A stretch of 64,000 nt of DNA from assembly GCF_009914755.1 (NCBI RefSeq), contig NC_060928.1; one strand, written 5' to 3'. Position 1 is the first letter of the stretch, and every line of letters begins with the position of its first letter. A model generated the notes under the pieces. It saw only the letters and a program-made list of their open reading frames with translations, was not told where the DNA came from and made no database searches. This DNA comes from the human T2T-CHM13v2.0 reference genome, Homo sapiens. Both the position numbers and the translations under genes were made by a program. This document shows, piece after piece, positions 25,901 through 41,203 of this stretch.

Positions 25901-28099
25901 CATATCATAATAATAATTATTACATTTACTTGTCAGGGGCTTCTCCAGGATCTTTTTTATTTTTTTTTTAGCAAATAATTGATGTCTGAAACATGGTGCT
26001 TGACATTGTAGGGGAAATCTAATCCTCTTATGATGTGACTCTTGGGCCTTGCCCAAATCATCTGGCTGAGGCTCTTTCCTTGCTCAAACATCACAATTGC
26101 TTAGGGAGTGGCTGAGAGAATACCTTTAGCCCAGTGGGCTACTTCTCTTCTCCATGTGTCAGTTTTGTAATGGAGCTGTCAGCCAAGGTGATTTATCTTT
26201 GTATCATATGGTCCTTTAAGAATTTCTTTCTTGGATAATTGAATGTCACTCATCCAGGGACGCTCCTATTTCCTGCATTAGGATGTCAGGGGATGCATGG
26301 CAATCGTGAGCCGGATGGCCACACATGGCAATGCACCATACATTACAGGAGTGGCTGCATGGCTGATTCTGTTGCAGGGAGGAGTAGAGCAGCCAACCAA
26401 CTGGAGATCCCAGAGGACTGCTGAATATGCAGAAAACTCTTGACACTTTACTTCACTAACTGTAAATGCAAAATGATAAAGGCAAATGCTGAGACATGCC
26501 CAAAAAGTTACTTTTACAGGATTCTTCTGCATTGACATGTCTTAGCTTCAATGACATGTAAAAAAATATATGTATATGGTTTTGAAATGAGGAAAAGAGA
26601 CCCTGTAGTTGTGCTACACTGAAAGTGAACACTGTTTTGTTTGAGACACTTTGGTGTCTCCAGATATTTGAAGCACTCTCCTGAAATTCATTTTAGATGA
26701 TGCATGTAAATGAATATTTTATATGAAAGAAAAGATCTGGGAAGAGAACGAGGTAACAGTGATAATCTCTGGACAGTAGAATTATGATAGTTTTTAATGT
26801 TCTTTTGGTTCATCTAGAGTTTCTAGTTTAAAAAATACGTAAGAGTTAATTTTGTAACATAAACAAAATTAGTTCACATTTTTAAAGATTTAGTACTTAT
26901 TACCTGATAAACTGAGAAGAAACTATGTTATGTAATTAAAATAAATAACTGTCAAAAATTTCTAAATGTGCAGTCAGTATTCTAATGCATGGAATATGTG
27001 ATATTAAGTCATGTTAATTAGTTACATTTTCACTTATCTTCAGACTACAAGCTCAATAAAATGCAATGCCACACTGCAAATAGCATAAACTGATTTTTAA
27101 AAACCATACATTAAGTAATGACTTTTTCCTCAATTTTGGCCTTTCCTTTTGTAAAATACCTCTGTTCATTAACATCCACAAGTTTTTTTTTCATATAATT
27201 AATTGTATATGCAAGTTCTGGGGGCGTATATTCATTAACATCCTCCTGCTGTTCACATTTTATTAATGAAACAACCCATCACCCTCCTACCAGCAGACAC
27301 TTAATTCCTTCCCAGAATCCATCTGCTTTTCATAAGCGTCCAAAGCCCAATTCCTTCACAAAATCAACTCTCAGAAAGCCTTAATTCCACGGGTCAAGAT
27401 AGTTAGTTATTTCCTATTATCAGATGATCAGAAAGTGTGTTTTGGCTGTGATTATTACTCACATGATTGGGGGAAGGGTGATTAGGGAATCCAGGTACTC
27501 CTTGTAAAACTTACCATTTAAATTTTGTATATATAGACATTGGGGGAATTTGGCTGTTTTCATCTATCCATTTTGCTGCCTTTCTTTTCTCTTTCTCTCT
27601 CTCTCTTTCTCCCTTCCCCTTCCTTCCTTTCTTTACTGTTCTTTTTCTGTACTTGTGCTTAATAATAAATACAGTAAAAGTTATTACCTTATTTATACGT
27701 CACTTGTGTCAACATTAGCTAGCTTTTGTGTATCAAACTATCCAAGGACTCTTCAAGGGAGGACCATTTATAGAAGTTAAATTAAATGGAGGATGTTAGT
27801 TTTGATTATGTCATAGCAATTTTGAGAATCTGGAATTCTGATAAAATATAAACCTTTATCCAGATGAAGTTCAAATGGATTTTAGACTTTTAAAGTCTTC
27901 TGTGTTATGCAACATATATATTTGTATGCCAGCATTTTCTACATGTGTTAATAACTCAGGATTTTAAAAAGAAAACAGTTTAGCTTCTACCCCTTCATTG
28001 ATTTTCTCGCTGTTTCATGTGTGACACATTACATTTAATACCTAGCATATTAAGGCTCATGTATTAACCTAGCTTATTCCTGAAACACTCTTCTTCTCT

Positions 28100-29420
28100 C
28101 CAGAGTAACTAGTTTGGTTATTTCATCTAGTTTCATGACTTTAGATATTAACTACACTGATGATCCCAAACTTATATATCTCGGCATGGATCACTTCCCG
28201 GAACTCCAGACTCATGTATCCAATTGCCTACTTGACTTCTCAAGCAGGCATCACATTTAACATGTTCAAAGCTGCCTCCATCCATAATCTGCTTCTATTG
28301 CAGTTTTGCCGTTTCAAATAATGGCAGCTTTATTCTTCTGTTTATTCAGGCCAATATCCTTGGTTTCATCCTGGTTTTCTCTCTATTTTTATACCCCACA
28401 CTAATCAACCACCAATCTGTTGGCCAGACTCAAAATACATCAGAATCTGACCCCTTCCATTACCTTCAACATTTTCACCTGATCCAAGGAATATTCTCTC
28501 ATCATTATTACAAATTCTTCATACGGAATTTCCAGGATTTAGTCCTGCTTTCCTATAGTCCACAGCCTATTTTCAACACAGGAGACACAATATTCCTGTT
28601 ACAATAAGACACAGCATGTCATTACTGCTCAGATCTTTCCACTGGTTCCTCATTTCTCTCAAAGTAAAAAAGCAATATTTTTATGTGACCTCTTGCCTTT
28701 TCAGACCTGATCTCCCTCTTCTCTTCCTTCATCTGCATTCTATGTCAGCCACATATGCTGGTTTTCAAACAATTCAGGACCTTGTCACTTCTCTATGTCT
28801 AGTCTACATTTCCTCCAATAACAATATGGCTTGCCCTCCCTCTTCTTACTTTCTGCACATCTTTATTCAAAGAAGAGACAGGCAGGATGGTATAATGGCT
28901 AAGAGCGTGGAGCCTAGAGCCAGGCTGAGTTCAGGGGATGCTTCAGCTCCCTTCCAGCTTTGTGGATCTTGGGCAAATTGTTAACCTTTCTGTTTTTCTG
29001 TTGCATTTTCTGTAAGATACAGCTAATAATAATACCTTCTTCATAGAGTTGTCATGAGGATAAAATGAGTTAATATTGGAAAAGGAATTGGAATGGTGAC
29101 TGGCAGATAGTATTATACAAGTGTTTGGGGTTAACAAAATAAAAAATGTTACCTTCTTAATGATACCTTGTCTGACCCTCTATTGAAAATTTCATACCAC
29201 CTCTAAACGCAGCACTCTTTGTCTTCTCTTTTCTGCTGTTTTCTTCCTCTTTATGACTTAACTTCCAATAATGTATGTATTTTCTTTTTCATTGCTTGCC
29301 ATTCTTAATAGACTTTAAGATTTATGAAAGCAGTGAATTTTTGTTGTTGATTAACTAAACAAGTGACTAAAATATACTAGGTGCTTAATAGCTGTTTGTT
29401 GGGAAAGATGAATTAGTGAG
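28100..29420 (+). mobile_element. L2a-like 3' region with a nested MIR (~28880-29130)
   Basis: GATGATCCCAAACTTATATATC...CTCCAGACTCATGTATCCAATTGCCTACTTGAC...TAGGTGCTTAATAGCTGTTTGTTG. Nested MIR: TAATGGCTAAGAGCGTGGAGCC...TTGGGCAAATTGTTAACCT...CATGAGGATAAAATGAG. Confidence 0.8.
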
Positions 29421-30629
29421 TTAATGCTATATATAAATGAAACGTGAAAATCAAAGATTTTGGGTGCATGAAGCTTGTATATCATCTTACACTTTGGAAT
29501 CTGAGAGTCGTTTAGGATACACCATGTTGTAATTTGAAATATATCCCATTACATTGTTTGGATTTTTATCTACAAGAACAGGGTCACTGACTCTCTCTCT
29601 AGAGTGACATTTTGGGTGATGTCACCTTAACCATGAAACTCTGCTGGAGATAAATTGCGAATATAACTTGGAGGCAGAGAATTCAGATTAATACTATTTG
29701 GCTGCATTCTAAATGTCATTGTTTTTATTTCAAAAGGCCAGGAAATAACATTTAAAATATTTGTAGCAAACTATTCAGCATCAATGCATTCAGCAAAAAG
29801 GCAGAACCTGAAGGACTTCTGTTCCATTTTTACCACTTTAGAAATAGAAGCTTTATGGAGATAAAGTATCTCTTGGCACACAATAGGCATTTGTTTTAAA
29901 TACCCTTTAGTAAATCTCTTAACTTTATGAAAGTACACTTTATCCAACAAGAGAAAGGAAGATCAACAGGATTCATAAGCATTGTAAGTGTAAAGATAAA
30001 TAAATATATAGAAATAGAAATACAGAAAGCATAAGTCTAAATAAATAAATATATTCTGTTGCCTTTTCATGTCTCCCTGAAGAATGATTAATAATTACTG
30101 ATTACTAGCCACTTAGGAATTATTAATAATTAATCACTCATAACAATTATTTTTATCAAAAACTCATCAAGATAGCATGCTTCATTAGAAACAATGAGAA
30201 GCTGATTTTTTTTCCCCCTAAATTTAATTCTTAACATTTTTGGTGACATTGGTAGTGGGGCTGGGCATAAGATACTTTAAATCATCTAATAAAGCAAACT
30301 CAGACTTGGCAGCATCTCTTTCAGAAAACTTATTCAATAAATACTTATATCTGATTTGTTTCAAATGATATTTCATGAAGATTATATTTCGGGTATTTAT
30401 TTTACGAAAAAATTTTACAAGTAGAGGGATTAGGAATATTTGAGTACTTGGACCATAAGCATGATTGATAATTAATGTAAATCACAAGAGAGAAGGATGT
30501 TAATATCATTCCTATTTGATAAATAAACATTAAGTTAATATCATGGGGTTTTTAGTTATGTACATTTAAAAAATTCTGGACAGAAATTTATAGTTAAAGA
30601 GTTAATACTTCAAGAGAATGAAAGGACAA

Positions 30630-31570
30630 GACTATAGAAAATGTTTGCAAATGCATATCTGATAAAGGGCTTATATCCAGAATATGTAAAGAACTTTTAA
30701 ATTCAATAATAAAACAACCAACAACCCCCTAAAAATGGCAATAGATTTACATGGATATTTCATTAAAGAAGATACACAGATGGCAAATAAGCCTATGAAA
30801 AAAATTCTCAATATCATTAGTCATTAAGGAAATGTCAACTGAAATCATAATTTGATGCTGCCTCATACATATTAGAATGTCTAAAATTAAAATGGCCATA
30901 TCAAGTGTTATAAGGATTTGAGTCAAATGAAATGCTCACAAACTGTTGGGTGAGTATGTAAAATATTATACCACTTTGGAAAACATTTTTGCAATTTCTT
31001 AAAAAGTTAAATATCCTCTTTCCACATGCTCAGTTATTTCACTAAGTATTTACCGAAGAGAAATAATACCATATTTTCATGAAAAAAAATTGTATGTGAG
31101 TGTTTACAGCAGCTTTATTTGTAATAGACAAAAGCTAAAAACAATTCAAATGTTCACCTAGAAATGTGTAATCAAATTGTGGTGTGTCTATGTATTGAAT
31201 TGCTACTCAGAAATTAAAAGAATGAACTACTGATACCTCTAACAACATGGATGAATCTAGGATAGCTATGGTGAGTCAAAGAAGCCAAGCAACATGAAAG
31301 AGTACATACTGCATGATGCCCTTTATATAAAACTCTGTAAAATGGAAACTTATCTCTAGTGACAGAAAGCAAATGCATTGTTCCCTGGGGTTTGGGAGAG
31401 TGAGACTGCAATGAGGAGTTACAAAGAGACACAAGAAAACTTTTGGGTGGTGGCAAGTATGTTTGTTATCTTGATTGTATTAATAGCTCTACAGGTATAT
31501 ACAAATGTCAGAACACTTTAAATGTGTGCAGTTTTGCGTGTATTAATTACACTGCCATATAGATGTTTTA
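30630..31570 (+). mobile_element. L1MB/L1ME-type LINE 3' end (end of ORF2 plus 3'UTR)
   Basis: TTTGCAAATGCATATCTGATAAAGGGC...GAAGATACACAGATGGCAAATAAGC...CCACTTTGGAAAAC...ACATGGATGAATCT...TGTTATCTTGATTGT. Confidence 0.85.
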
Positions 31571-33485
31571 ACAAAATCACTGAGAAAAGAGAAGTGAATG
31601 TTTCATTCATATGATCATCATGAATAAATCTATGTCTCAAAGAATACATACCACCAACTCTACAATTGCAACTGTAGGGGATAGACATGAGGCAGGTAGT
31701 TCAGACCCTGCTATGAAGGAGTTTGGTTCCAGAGATGAAGTGTCTAATTTGTTGCCTATTTCAAGGAGCCATGATGCCTACAGACCAGCACAGGCCATCC
31801 TAGTCCCAATGCTAATTCTCCCACTCCTAGCTCATTTTTATTTGTAAAAATTTTAATTCTGTAAAAATGTTGAAAGTCCTGTATAATGAATATTTTACAC
31901 CCACCGAAAATGTCAATACTTATGTGTTCAATAATTTGTACTTCAGTAAGGCTTAGCAATTTAATATACCCAGAAGAAAGAAAAAGATAGTTGGCTTATT
32001 TATAGCATTTTTTCGACTATATTCAGTTGTACAACTAAGATTATTATATTTGTACTGTAAAAATCAATATTGATATAATGTAGAAGTCAATTCATTTTAC
32101 AAAATTTTGGTTCAGAGACTGGTTGATTAAAGAGATTCAAAATAGCTCTGAAGACATTCAATTGTTGGTTATAAAATATCCTTATGTAGTTAAAAAAAGT
32201 TATATTTACCCTATTAATTCTTCTATACGAGTATATTGTTCATCAAAAAAAACCTAGTCACTGTATTTACAAAGGTTTTTTTTTTTTCCTTTTTTTTTTT
32301 TTGCAGTCTTAAGAACAAAGTATAGCAACAGAGGTTATTATAATCTTAACTGGCCTCACCTACTCCCGAAGGTACAATATTAAATGGAAAATATGCCAGA
32401 CATTATAATGTGCAACTATGGTTTTAAAAAACAAGCAGAATATATCATATGTTGTAACTGTGTATGAGAAACAGTTGAGTTTAAGAGTCCTTATGTCTTT
32501 ATTGAAGATTTGTTATTTATAAATTTAAACGAAGAAAAGAAGATAATTTTTGATAAGTAGAGGAAAGTAAAAATCATCAATACACATATCTATTCCAATA
32601 ATGCACTGCTAACTTAAATTTGTTTAGTGTACACTAGCGCAAGAATATAAACTTTCTGGGTACCCGGGGGCTGTAGTCTTAGAGGACCCCAAAGCTTTTA
32701 TGGGATTTACCTCTAGACATCTCACGAGGTCCTTGTGGTGAATATCAAAGAAGGATCCCCTCATGGTTCCGGCAGTTGGTAGGGAAGAATAGCTCTTTTG
32801 AATTACACTGAGCACACTCTCCATGACAAATCCTTGTGTTTCAGGGCAACGTACTTTGTTAGAGGATTATTCCAGGTGGGTCAAGGCATTTGTGCCACTC
32901 CAGATTGCTCTAGTCTTTCTCTCTTGCCTAGAAGATGAAGAAAAAAAAAGCTACCCAAGAGGAGAAAAATTTATGATTTTTTTAAAGACCAAAAAAGAAT
33001 TATAATATTGTAAGATTATGTCTCAGCCTTTAAACACTTAGACATAATCTTACAATATTAGAATTCTATCATCCATGTATTACTATCACATCAACAAGTC
33101 TCAGGCATAATAGCAGTGGATCATAGCCGAAAGAGCTGCAAGAAACAAATTCTTCATAAGGAGTGATACTTGGGAAAACACACAGACTAGAGGGAAAGGA
33201 AAAATTAGAGGAAGACAAAGTCTCTGGCAACTAAAATTATAGTAAACATTAACCACAGCCCAATTCGTAGCCAGATTAACATAAATCTTCACAGTAAACA
33301 TCTGTTTACTTCGTTTTTTATAGTCAATACATGTCCAGGTTTCAAAAAAACTATTACTAGGCATATTGAAAAACAAGATAACATAGACTGAGGAGATAAT
33401 GCAATGCTCATAATAAGACTCTGATATGACACATGAGGGTGTTAGAAAATAGGGAATTTAAAACAATGATTGATATGTTAAAGGC

Positions 33486-33862
33486 TCTTAGTCCCTTCAT
33501 GATGCTATGACAAAATACCTTAAGCTGGGTATCTTATAAACAACAGAAATTTATCTCTCACTGTTCTAGATGTTGAGAAGTCCAACATTAAGGCACTGCC
33601 AGATTTGGAGTCTGGTGAACCTCTTCCTGGTTCATAGACGGTGCCTCCAGGCTGCATTCTCACATGACGGAAGGAACAAAGCAACTCTCCAGAGCCTCTC
33701 TTAAAAGGACACTAATCCCGTTCATCAGGATTCTGCCCTCATGACCTAATAACCTCCCAAAGTCTCCACTTCCTGATACCATCACATTGGTGGTTAGGTG
33801 TAAACATAACTTTGGCAGCAGTGAGGGGGCGTGAGAGAGTAACAAACATTCAGACCATAGCA
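33486..33862 (-). mobile_element. MLT1A-type MaLR solo LTR nested in the L1
   Basis: CTTAGTCC...GCTATGACAAAATACC...AACAACAGAAATTTAT...CCCTCATGACCTAAT...AAACATTCAGACCATAGCA. The L1 text AAGGCT..TAATGG resumes after it. Confidence 0.88.
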
Positions 33863-34795
33863 GGCTGTAATGGAAGAAGTAGACAACATGCAATAACAGA
33901 TGGATATTGTAAGCAGAGAGACTGAAAGACTCAAGAGAAAATTCTAGAAATCAAAAACACCTCTAGAAATGGCTACTGCCTTTTGTGGTCTCATCAGCAG
34001 ACAGGTCATATCTGAGGAACATATCACAGAGGTCAGGATAAGTCAGAAGAAATTTTGCAAACTAAAATGCAAAGAGAAAAATAATTAGAAATCAAATAGG
34101 AATATCTGACAACAGTAGTACAATTTTGAAATTGTCTCATACACATAAGTAGGAGATTAAAAGGATAGGAGATCAAAAGGAGAAGAAAGAGAAAACAGAG
34201 AAGAAAACATTGGATGTCATAATAGGTGAGAATTTTCCAAAAGTAATGACAGAAAGTCCAGGAAGTTCAGGATAAATACCAAAAAATTATACCTAAGCAT
34301 ATCATATTGAAACTGCAGAATACCAAAGATATGTAGAATATTTTGAAAGACCCCAGAGTAAAAGGGGAAAAAACACATTTCAAATGAATTATAATGTATG
34401 TGCTAAAAGAGGAGATAAAATAGAATAATATAAAATGCTCACATCAGGGAAGGGAGAAAAATGGGGGTGGGGAGAGGAAGCAAGAAACAAATGCAATGAA
34501 TAGAAAAGAGTTTAAAACAAATGGTAGACTAATTAAACAATCCAACTGTATCAATAACTGCTTTAAATGTAAATTTTTTAAATTTTGAAAGAAACCAAAG
34601 TAAAAGGGAGAATAACTCACCTATATAGAAATAAAATAAGATTATAGAACACTTCTCATTAGAAATCATGGAAGCAAGAATAGTGGTGTGCAATGTTTCA
34701 AGTCTTTGAAAAAGAGAACAATACAAATACTAACCTAGAATTTCATATCCAGTGGGATTATCCTTCAAACGTGAAAGAGAAATAAAGACTTTTCA

Positions 34796-35134
<339 letters not shown>

Positions 35135-35563
35135 TTATGTGATTATAAATTATGAATAATTGAAATGAATGAAAGCAATGTCATAAGGAACAGGAAGATG
35201 GAATTGAGAATATTCAATTATAAAATATCTGCACTATCTGTGGAGTGCTATAGTATTATTTATAGGTGAATATGGTGAGTTAAAATGTATTAAAAACTTG
35301 AGGGCACCCACTAAAATTTTTTTAAAGGATGTATAATTGCTGTACTAAAAGTGGAGACAAAATGAAATAATATAAAATTATCAAAATCAGAGAAGGAAGA
35401 AAAATGGTGGCAGGTGGGAAGAAGCAAGAAACAAATGCAATAAATAGACAACAGTTAAAAATGGTAGATGGATAATTAATTATCCTAACTATATCAGTAG
35501 CCACTTTAAATGTGAGTCATCTAAACACACCAAATAAAAGAGACAGTGAGAGGAGAGTAAACT

Positions 35564-35610
35564 CACGCGCGTGCGTGCGCGCGCGCACGCACACACACAC
35601 ACACACACAC
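35564..35610. repeat. Compound (CG/TG)n-(CA)n microsatellite
   Basis: CACGCGCGTGCGTGCGCGCGCGCACGCACACACAC... seen directly. Confidence 0.92.
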
Positions 35611-38600
35611 AACAAAACAACCACCAAGACACAAGTAAAGGGATAGGAAAAGGTATACTGTGTGAAGACTAATCAAAAGAAAGCTGAAATAGCTTTATTA
35701 ACTTCATACAACGATTTCAGAGCAAGTAAAATTATCAGAGATAAAGAGGGTCATTATATAATGATAAAAGGATCAATCCCTCAAGAAGGCATATTTTTCC
35801 TGTGTGTCCATCTATCAACAGAGTCTCAAAATGTATAAGGCAAAGATTGATAGAAATGAAGGCAGAAATAGATAAATCAACTATTATAGTTAAAAATTTC
35901 AACGTCTTTCAGTAATTTGTAGATCAAGCTAGCAGAAAATCAGTTAGGATATAGTTGACCTGAACAACACTGTCATTCTAGTTAATCTAATTATCATTTA
36001 TAGATTACTCCATGTAACAAGAGCAGAATACCTATCCTTCTCAAGATCTCCTGGAATATTTACCAAGACAGATGATATTGTAGGCCATAAAGCAAGACTC
36101 AATAAGTTAAAAAATTAAAATAATACAGATTTCACCATAGAATGACATAGAATTCAATAACAGAAAGATTTTGGAAATTCACAAATATATGGAAATTAAA
36201 TACACTTCTAAATAATACACTTCAAAAATTAAACAATAAACACAGAAAAAACAAAGCTAAAGAAAAATTTTAAATTTATTGAACTAAATGAAAATACAAC
36301 TTATCAAAATTTATGTATGCACAGGGAAATTTATAGCATTACACACATTAGAAAATAGTGGAAGATCTAAAATCAATAACCTAAGTTTCTCATTTAGAAA
36401 ACTAAAAAAAGAAATACATTTTAATTCTAAATTCTAAAAAATAAAATATATAATAAAATTTGGAGGAGAAGTAAATGAAATTGAAACCAGGAAAACTAAA
36501 GAGAAAGATCACCAAAACCAAAAGTTGGGTCTTTAAAGTTTTAATAAAATTGATAAACCTATAGCTAGGCTAATCAAGAAAAATAAAAAACACAAATTAT
36601 CAATATCAAAAATTAAAAAGTGATCATGACTACTGATACCATCAACATTAAAATGATAAAAAAATACTACAAATAACTCTACGTTAACAAATTTTATAAA
36701 CATTTTTAACTATTTCCTATCTTAAGTGAAATTTTTCGTTTTCTTGAAAAACACAAACTACCAAAAGTCACATACATAGAAATAGATAAAGTAAATGGGT
36801 CTTTGTTTCTTAAAAATTGAACCAATGATTAATAGGCTTCCAAAACAGAAAGCATCAGACTCCAATGGCTTCACTGGTGAATTCTTCCATGCAATTAAAG
36901 GGTGACGGATGAGGGGGAAATGATAGAATTCTCTACAATCTCTTCCAGAAAATATAAGCAGAGGTAATACTTCCTACCTTATTCTTTGAGTTTAGCATTA
37001 ACCAAACCAAGATAAAGTCCATATAAAAAAAAAAGGAAAACCAAGATCTACTATCTCTAGTGAACATAAACACAAATGTTGCGACAAAATATTAGCAAAT
37101 TAAATCCAATAGTGTATAGAGAATTATACTTTGCAATCCAGTGATATTTTTTCAGTTATTGTGAGGCTTTTTAAACCTTTGAAGCTCAATGAATGTAATC
37201 TATCAAATCCATGGGCTAAAAAAGAAAAATCATATGATTTTATAAATTTATGCATAAAAAGCATTTGACAAAATTCAAACCAATTCATAATGAAAATTCT
37301 GAGTAGATTAAGAATAGGTGTGTTTTCTCAGCTTTATAAGGAACACCTACAAAAAATCTGCAACTAACATACTTAAATGATGGGAAACTGGTCACTTCTG
37401 CCAGCATCAGGAGCAAGGCCAGGATGTCATCTGTCACCATTCCTATGGAATGCCATACTGGAAGTCCTAGCTAGTGCAACAAGACAAGAAAAATATAAAA
37501 GGTAAAAAGATTGGGAAGAAATAAACAAAACTGTCTTTGTTCACCAATAGCATAATTGTATATATAGAAATTCCCAGAGCACTGATTAAAAAACTCAATT
37601 TGAACTAATAAGCAAATATAGGAAGGTCTCTGGATAAAATTTCAATCCACAAAAGTTATTACTTTCCTATATACCAGAAATGAACAATTAGAATTTGAAA
37701 TTTAAAAATAAAACAAAAAAATGACATTTACTGTAACACTAAAAAATGATATGCTAAGATATAAATCTAACAAAATATGCAAAAGATACCTGTACAGAAA
37801 ACTATAAAACTCATATTATCAGACAAAGAAATCAAAGAAGGTCTAAGACAATAGAGAGATATTCTATGTTCATGGATTGGAAAACTAAATATTGTTTATA
37901 TGTCAGTGCTTTCAACTTGATCTACAGATTCAATACACCATGATCAAAAGCCCAATAAGCTATTTTGTATCTATGAGCAAAATGACTAAGCAGTTTATAT
38001 GGAAAGGCAAAAAACCTAGAATAGCCAAAACAGTGTTGAAGAAGAAGAACAAAGTTGGGAAACTGACACTTACATTTTGTTTACTGTACTTACTAAAAAG
38101 ATTTATTATTTCAACACTTACTATAAAATAGAAGTGAAGACAGGATGGTTTTGTGGAAAGTATAAACACATAGGTCAATGAACAGAATAGAAAGCTTGCA
38201 CATACAAATACATATACAGTCAGATTATCTTTGATAAAAGAGCACAGGCAATTCAGTAGAGAAAAGGCACTCTTTTAACAAATAGTCATTGACAATAGTA
38301 TTATGCAGAGAGAGAAAGAGAGTAAATTCAGACCTAGAACTTATACATTTCACAAAAATTAACTCAAAATGGTTATTAGCCTTCAATATAATATTCAAAA
38401 CTATAAACTTCTGAAGAAAATCTACAATAAAATCAATGTGATTATTTTCCTGGGGAGAACCTTTTAGATACAACACCAAAAGCACAATCTATGAAAACAA
38501 AAAGTTGAACATTATTAAAATTTTCAATTTCTCTAAGAAATACTCTATGATAGACTGCATGAAAATACTTTAAAAACACATATCAGATAATAGATTTGTG

Positions 38601-41203
38601 TCCAAAATATACAGAGAATTATTAAACAGAGCAAAAATAAAATATGCAATATAATTTAATAGTGGGCAAAAAACATCAAAGAAGATATACAAATAACAAA
38701 TAACCATACAAAAGGATAGTTAGTATCATTTCTCATTAGGGAATTTCAAATTAAACAAAATTTCAAAGAAAAACTAAAGAAATACCACTGCACGTCTATT
38801 ACAATAGCTAAAATCTAAAAATCTGGCAATGCAAATTGCTAGCAAGAATGCAGAGCAACCGGAAACTCTCAATCATTGCCTTTGAGAATCCAAAACGACA
38901 TAGCTCCTTTGAAGAATAGTTTGACATTTTCTGGGAAAGCTAAACTCTTCTTGCTGTACAATCTAGCACTCTTGGTCTTACATATTTACCTAAATGAAGC
39001 AAAAAATTATGTCCTTGCAAAAATATACACATGGATGGTTACAGCAGCTCTATTTTTAATCAACAAAGACTAGAAGCAACCAAGATGGTTTTCAAAAGTG
39101 AATGGATAAAGAAACTACATACAAGTTGGAGTATTATTCAGTGATAAAAAGAAGTGACTATCAAAGCATGAAAAGACATGGATGAATCTTAACTAGTTAC
39201 TATGTGAAAGAATCTAATCTGGAAATGCTACGTATACTATAATAAAAATTATTTGACATTTTGGAAAAGTCAAAACCATAGAGATGGTAAAAAAAAAAAA
39301 AAAATCAGTTGTTTCCAGGGCTGTGGCGTAGAGGATGAGGAAAGTATTAAATAAGTGAAAAATATAAAATATTTTAGGACAGTGAAACTATTATGTATAA
39401 TACTGTAATGGCAGATACATGACACTATGCATTTGTCAAAACCCATAGAAATTACAGCACAATGCATTCACCTCATTATATGCAAAGGCTTAATAAATTC
39501 CTGTAGGAGGTCATTGAATCTCCTGATGGAATACAAAATGTGACAAAACAATTTAACTGTATTCCAAATGTATGATCCAACCTCAACGAAGTGAGTGTAA
39601 GGAGGAAAGTACTGATTTTTGTAATTTTGGAAAGCTATGTAAGTACTGTACTCTAGTTGATAAAGTTGTTTCCTGCAGGGATACAGGTTTAAAAGTCTAA
39701 TCCTACTATTCTTTTATATGAGAATTGAATAATTAAATGTATGGTGGATTATGGATGCCAGATTTGTTACTGTTGGCATGAGAAGTTACCAATATGCAAG
39801 GGCAGGAAGCTAAAACTATCCATGTGTTAATGGATTAGAGTTGGAGATATAAGTACAAACTCATGTTTTGCTTAACAGAGATACAGATGGTTACATATGA
39901 AAATATTCATAAAAATGTGTAAATACACTGGTTAGTATATACACACATATTCCCTTGCTCTGCAGCTGGTTGGTGCTAAAAATAACAAAAACCAGTAGTA
40001 CCCAGATATAAGGAAACAGGACTTGTTGAAGTTACGGTTGATTCTATGACTGGGACAGAAAATACACAAAAGGAGTCTGCAAAATTTTGTAGTACCAGAA
40101 CATGAGAAAGTGTTTACAAACAAACAAACAAAAACAAAACAAAAACAAACTTTCAAAAATCCCAGAATGATAGAATGATGGGAACAAATATGCCAAAGAG
40201 AGACAGGAACCAACTGGAAGAACTATCAGTGACTGAAGCTGGAACAATGTAAGCAACAAAATAAATAATGTTGGATTATAACACAATGTATAAAACAAAT
40301 ATACCTGAGTTCATGCTGATATACAAAAATTCCTCAATAAATGAACAAATGGGAAGAGTAGATAAACCTCACATGCAGAAGAATTTAAAATAATTCATGT
40401 AGATACTCCACTTTTGATTAGGTAAAGCATAACTCCTCATTCCTTCAGTGTGAGCTTTGGATAGTGACTTCCTTCCGAAGAATAAAGTGTAGAAATAGGG
40501 AAAAAAATTTTAGAGTAGGCAAACTTGACAAATGCTACCTCAGACAGGTGATCAAAATCAGTATCAACAGTGATAAATCATACTGATAGTATGTAACCTT
40601 CATATGATATCATGAGAATGGCATATAACATCTGTGGCCTTTCCTCAAAAAAACAAAACAGAAGCATAACCCCTGTCTAATCATGGGAAAAAAAACAAAT
40701 CTCAAACGAGAGAAACATTCTGCAAAAACCTAACCTATACTTATTAAAACTCTCAAGGTCTCCAAAAGCAAGTAATGTCTAAAAAATTGTCAAAGCCAAG
40801 AGGCACTTAAGGAGACATGAATACAAAATGTAATGTGGTATCCTGGATGGGATCCTGGAATAGAATAATGACATTAAGTTCAAACTAAGGAAATCTAAAT
40901 AAGACTAAAACTTTAATTAATTTAATGTAACAATAATTGGTCATTAAGTATAGCAAATGTACCAAACTAATGTAAGATGTTAATACTAAGAGAAAACTGA
41001 GTGTAGGGTATATGGGAATTGTCTGGGCTATCTTCACAATAATTTCATAAATCTAAACTGTTCTAAAATAAAACCCTTACTAAGAAGTATCTTATATAAA
41101 TATGTGAAATTTAGATATCCTATGATTCTCAATTTTATAATTTCAAGTATATAACTATAACCTAGTAATTTATTCTACTCCATGCTCTTCCACCAAAGAT
41201 CTC

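Noticed and set aside
37892-39073. ORFs resembling reverse-transcriptase-region peptides
   Set aside because: Broken remnants of L1 ORF2 in an ancient inactive element.
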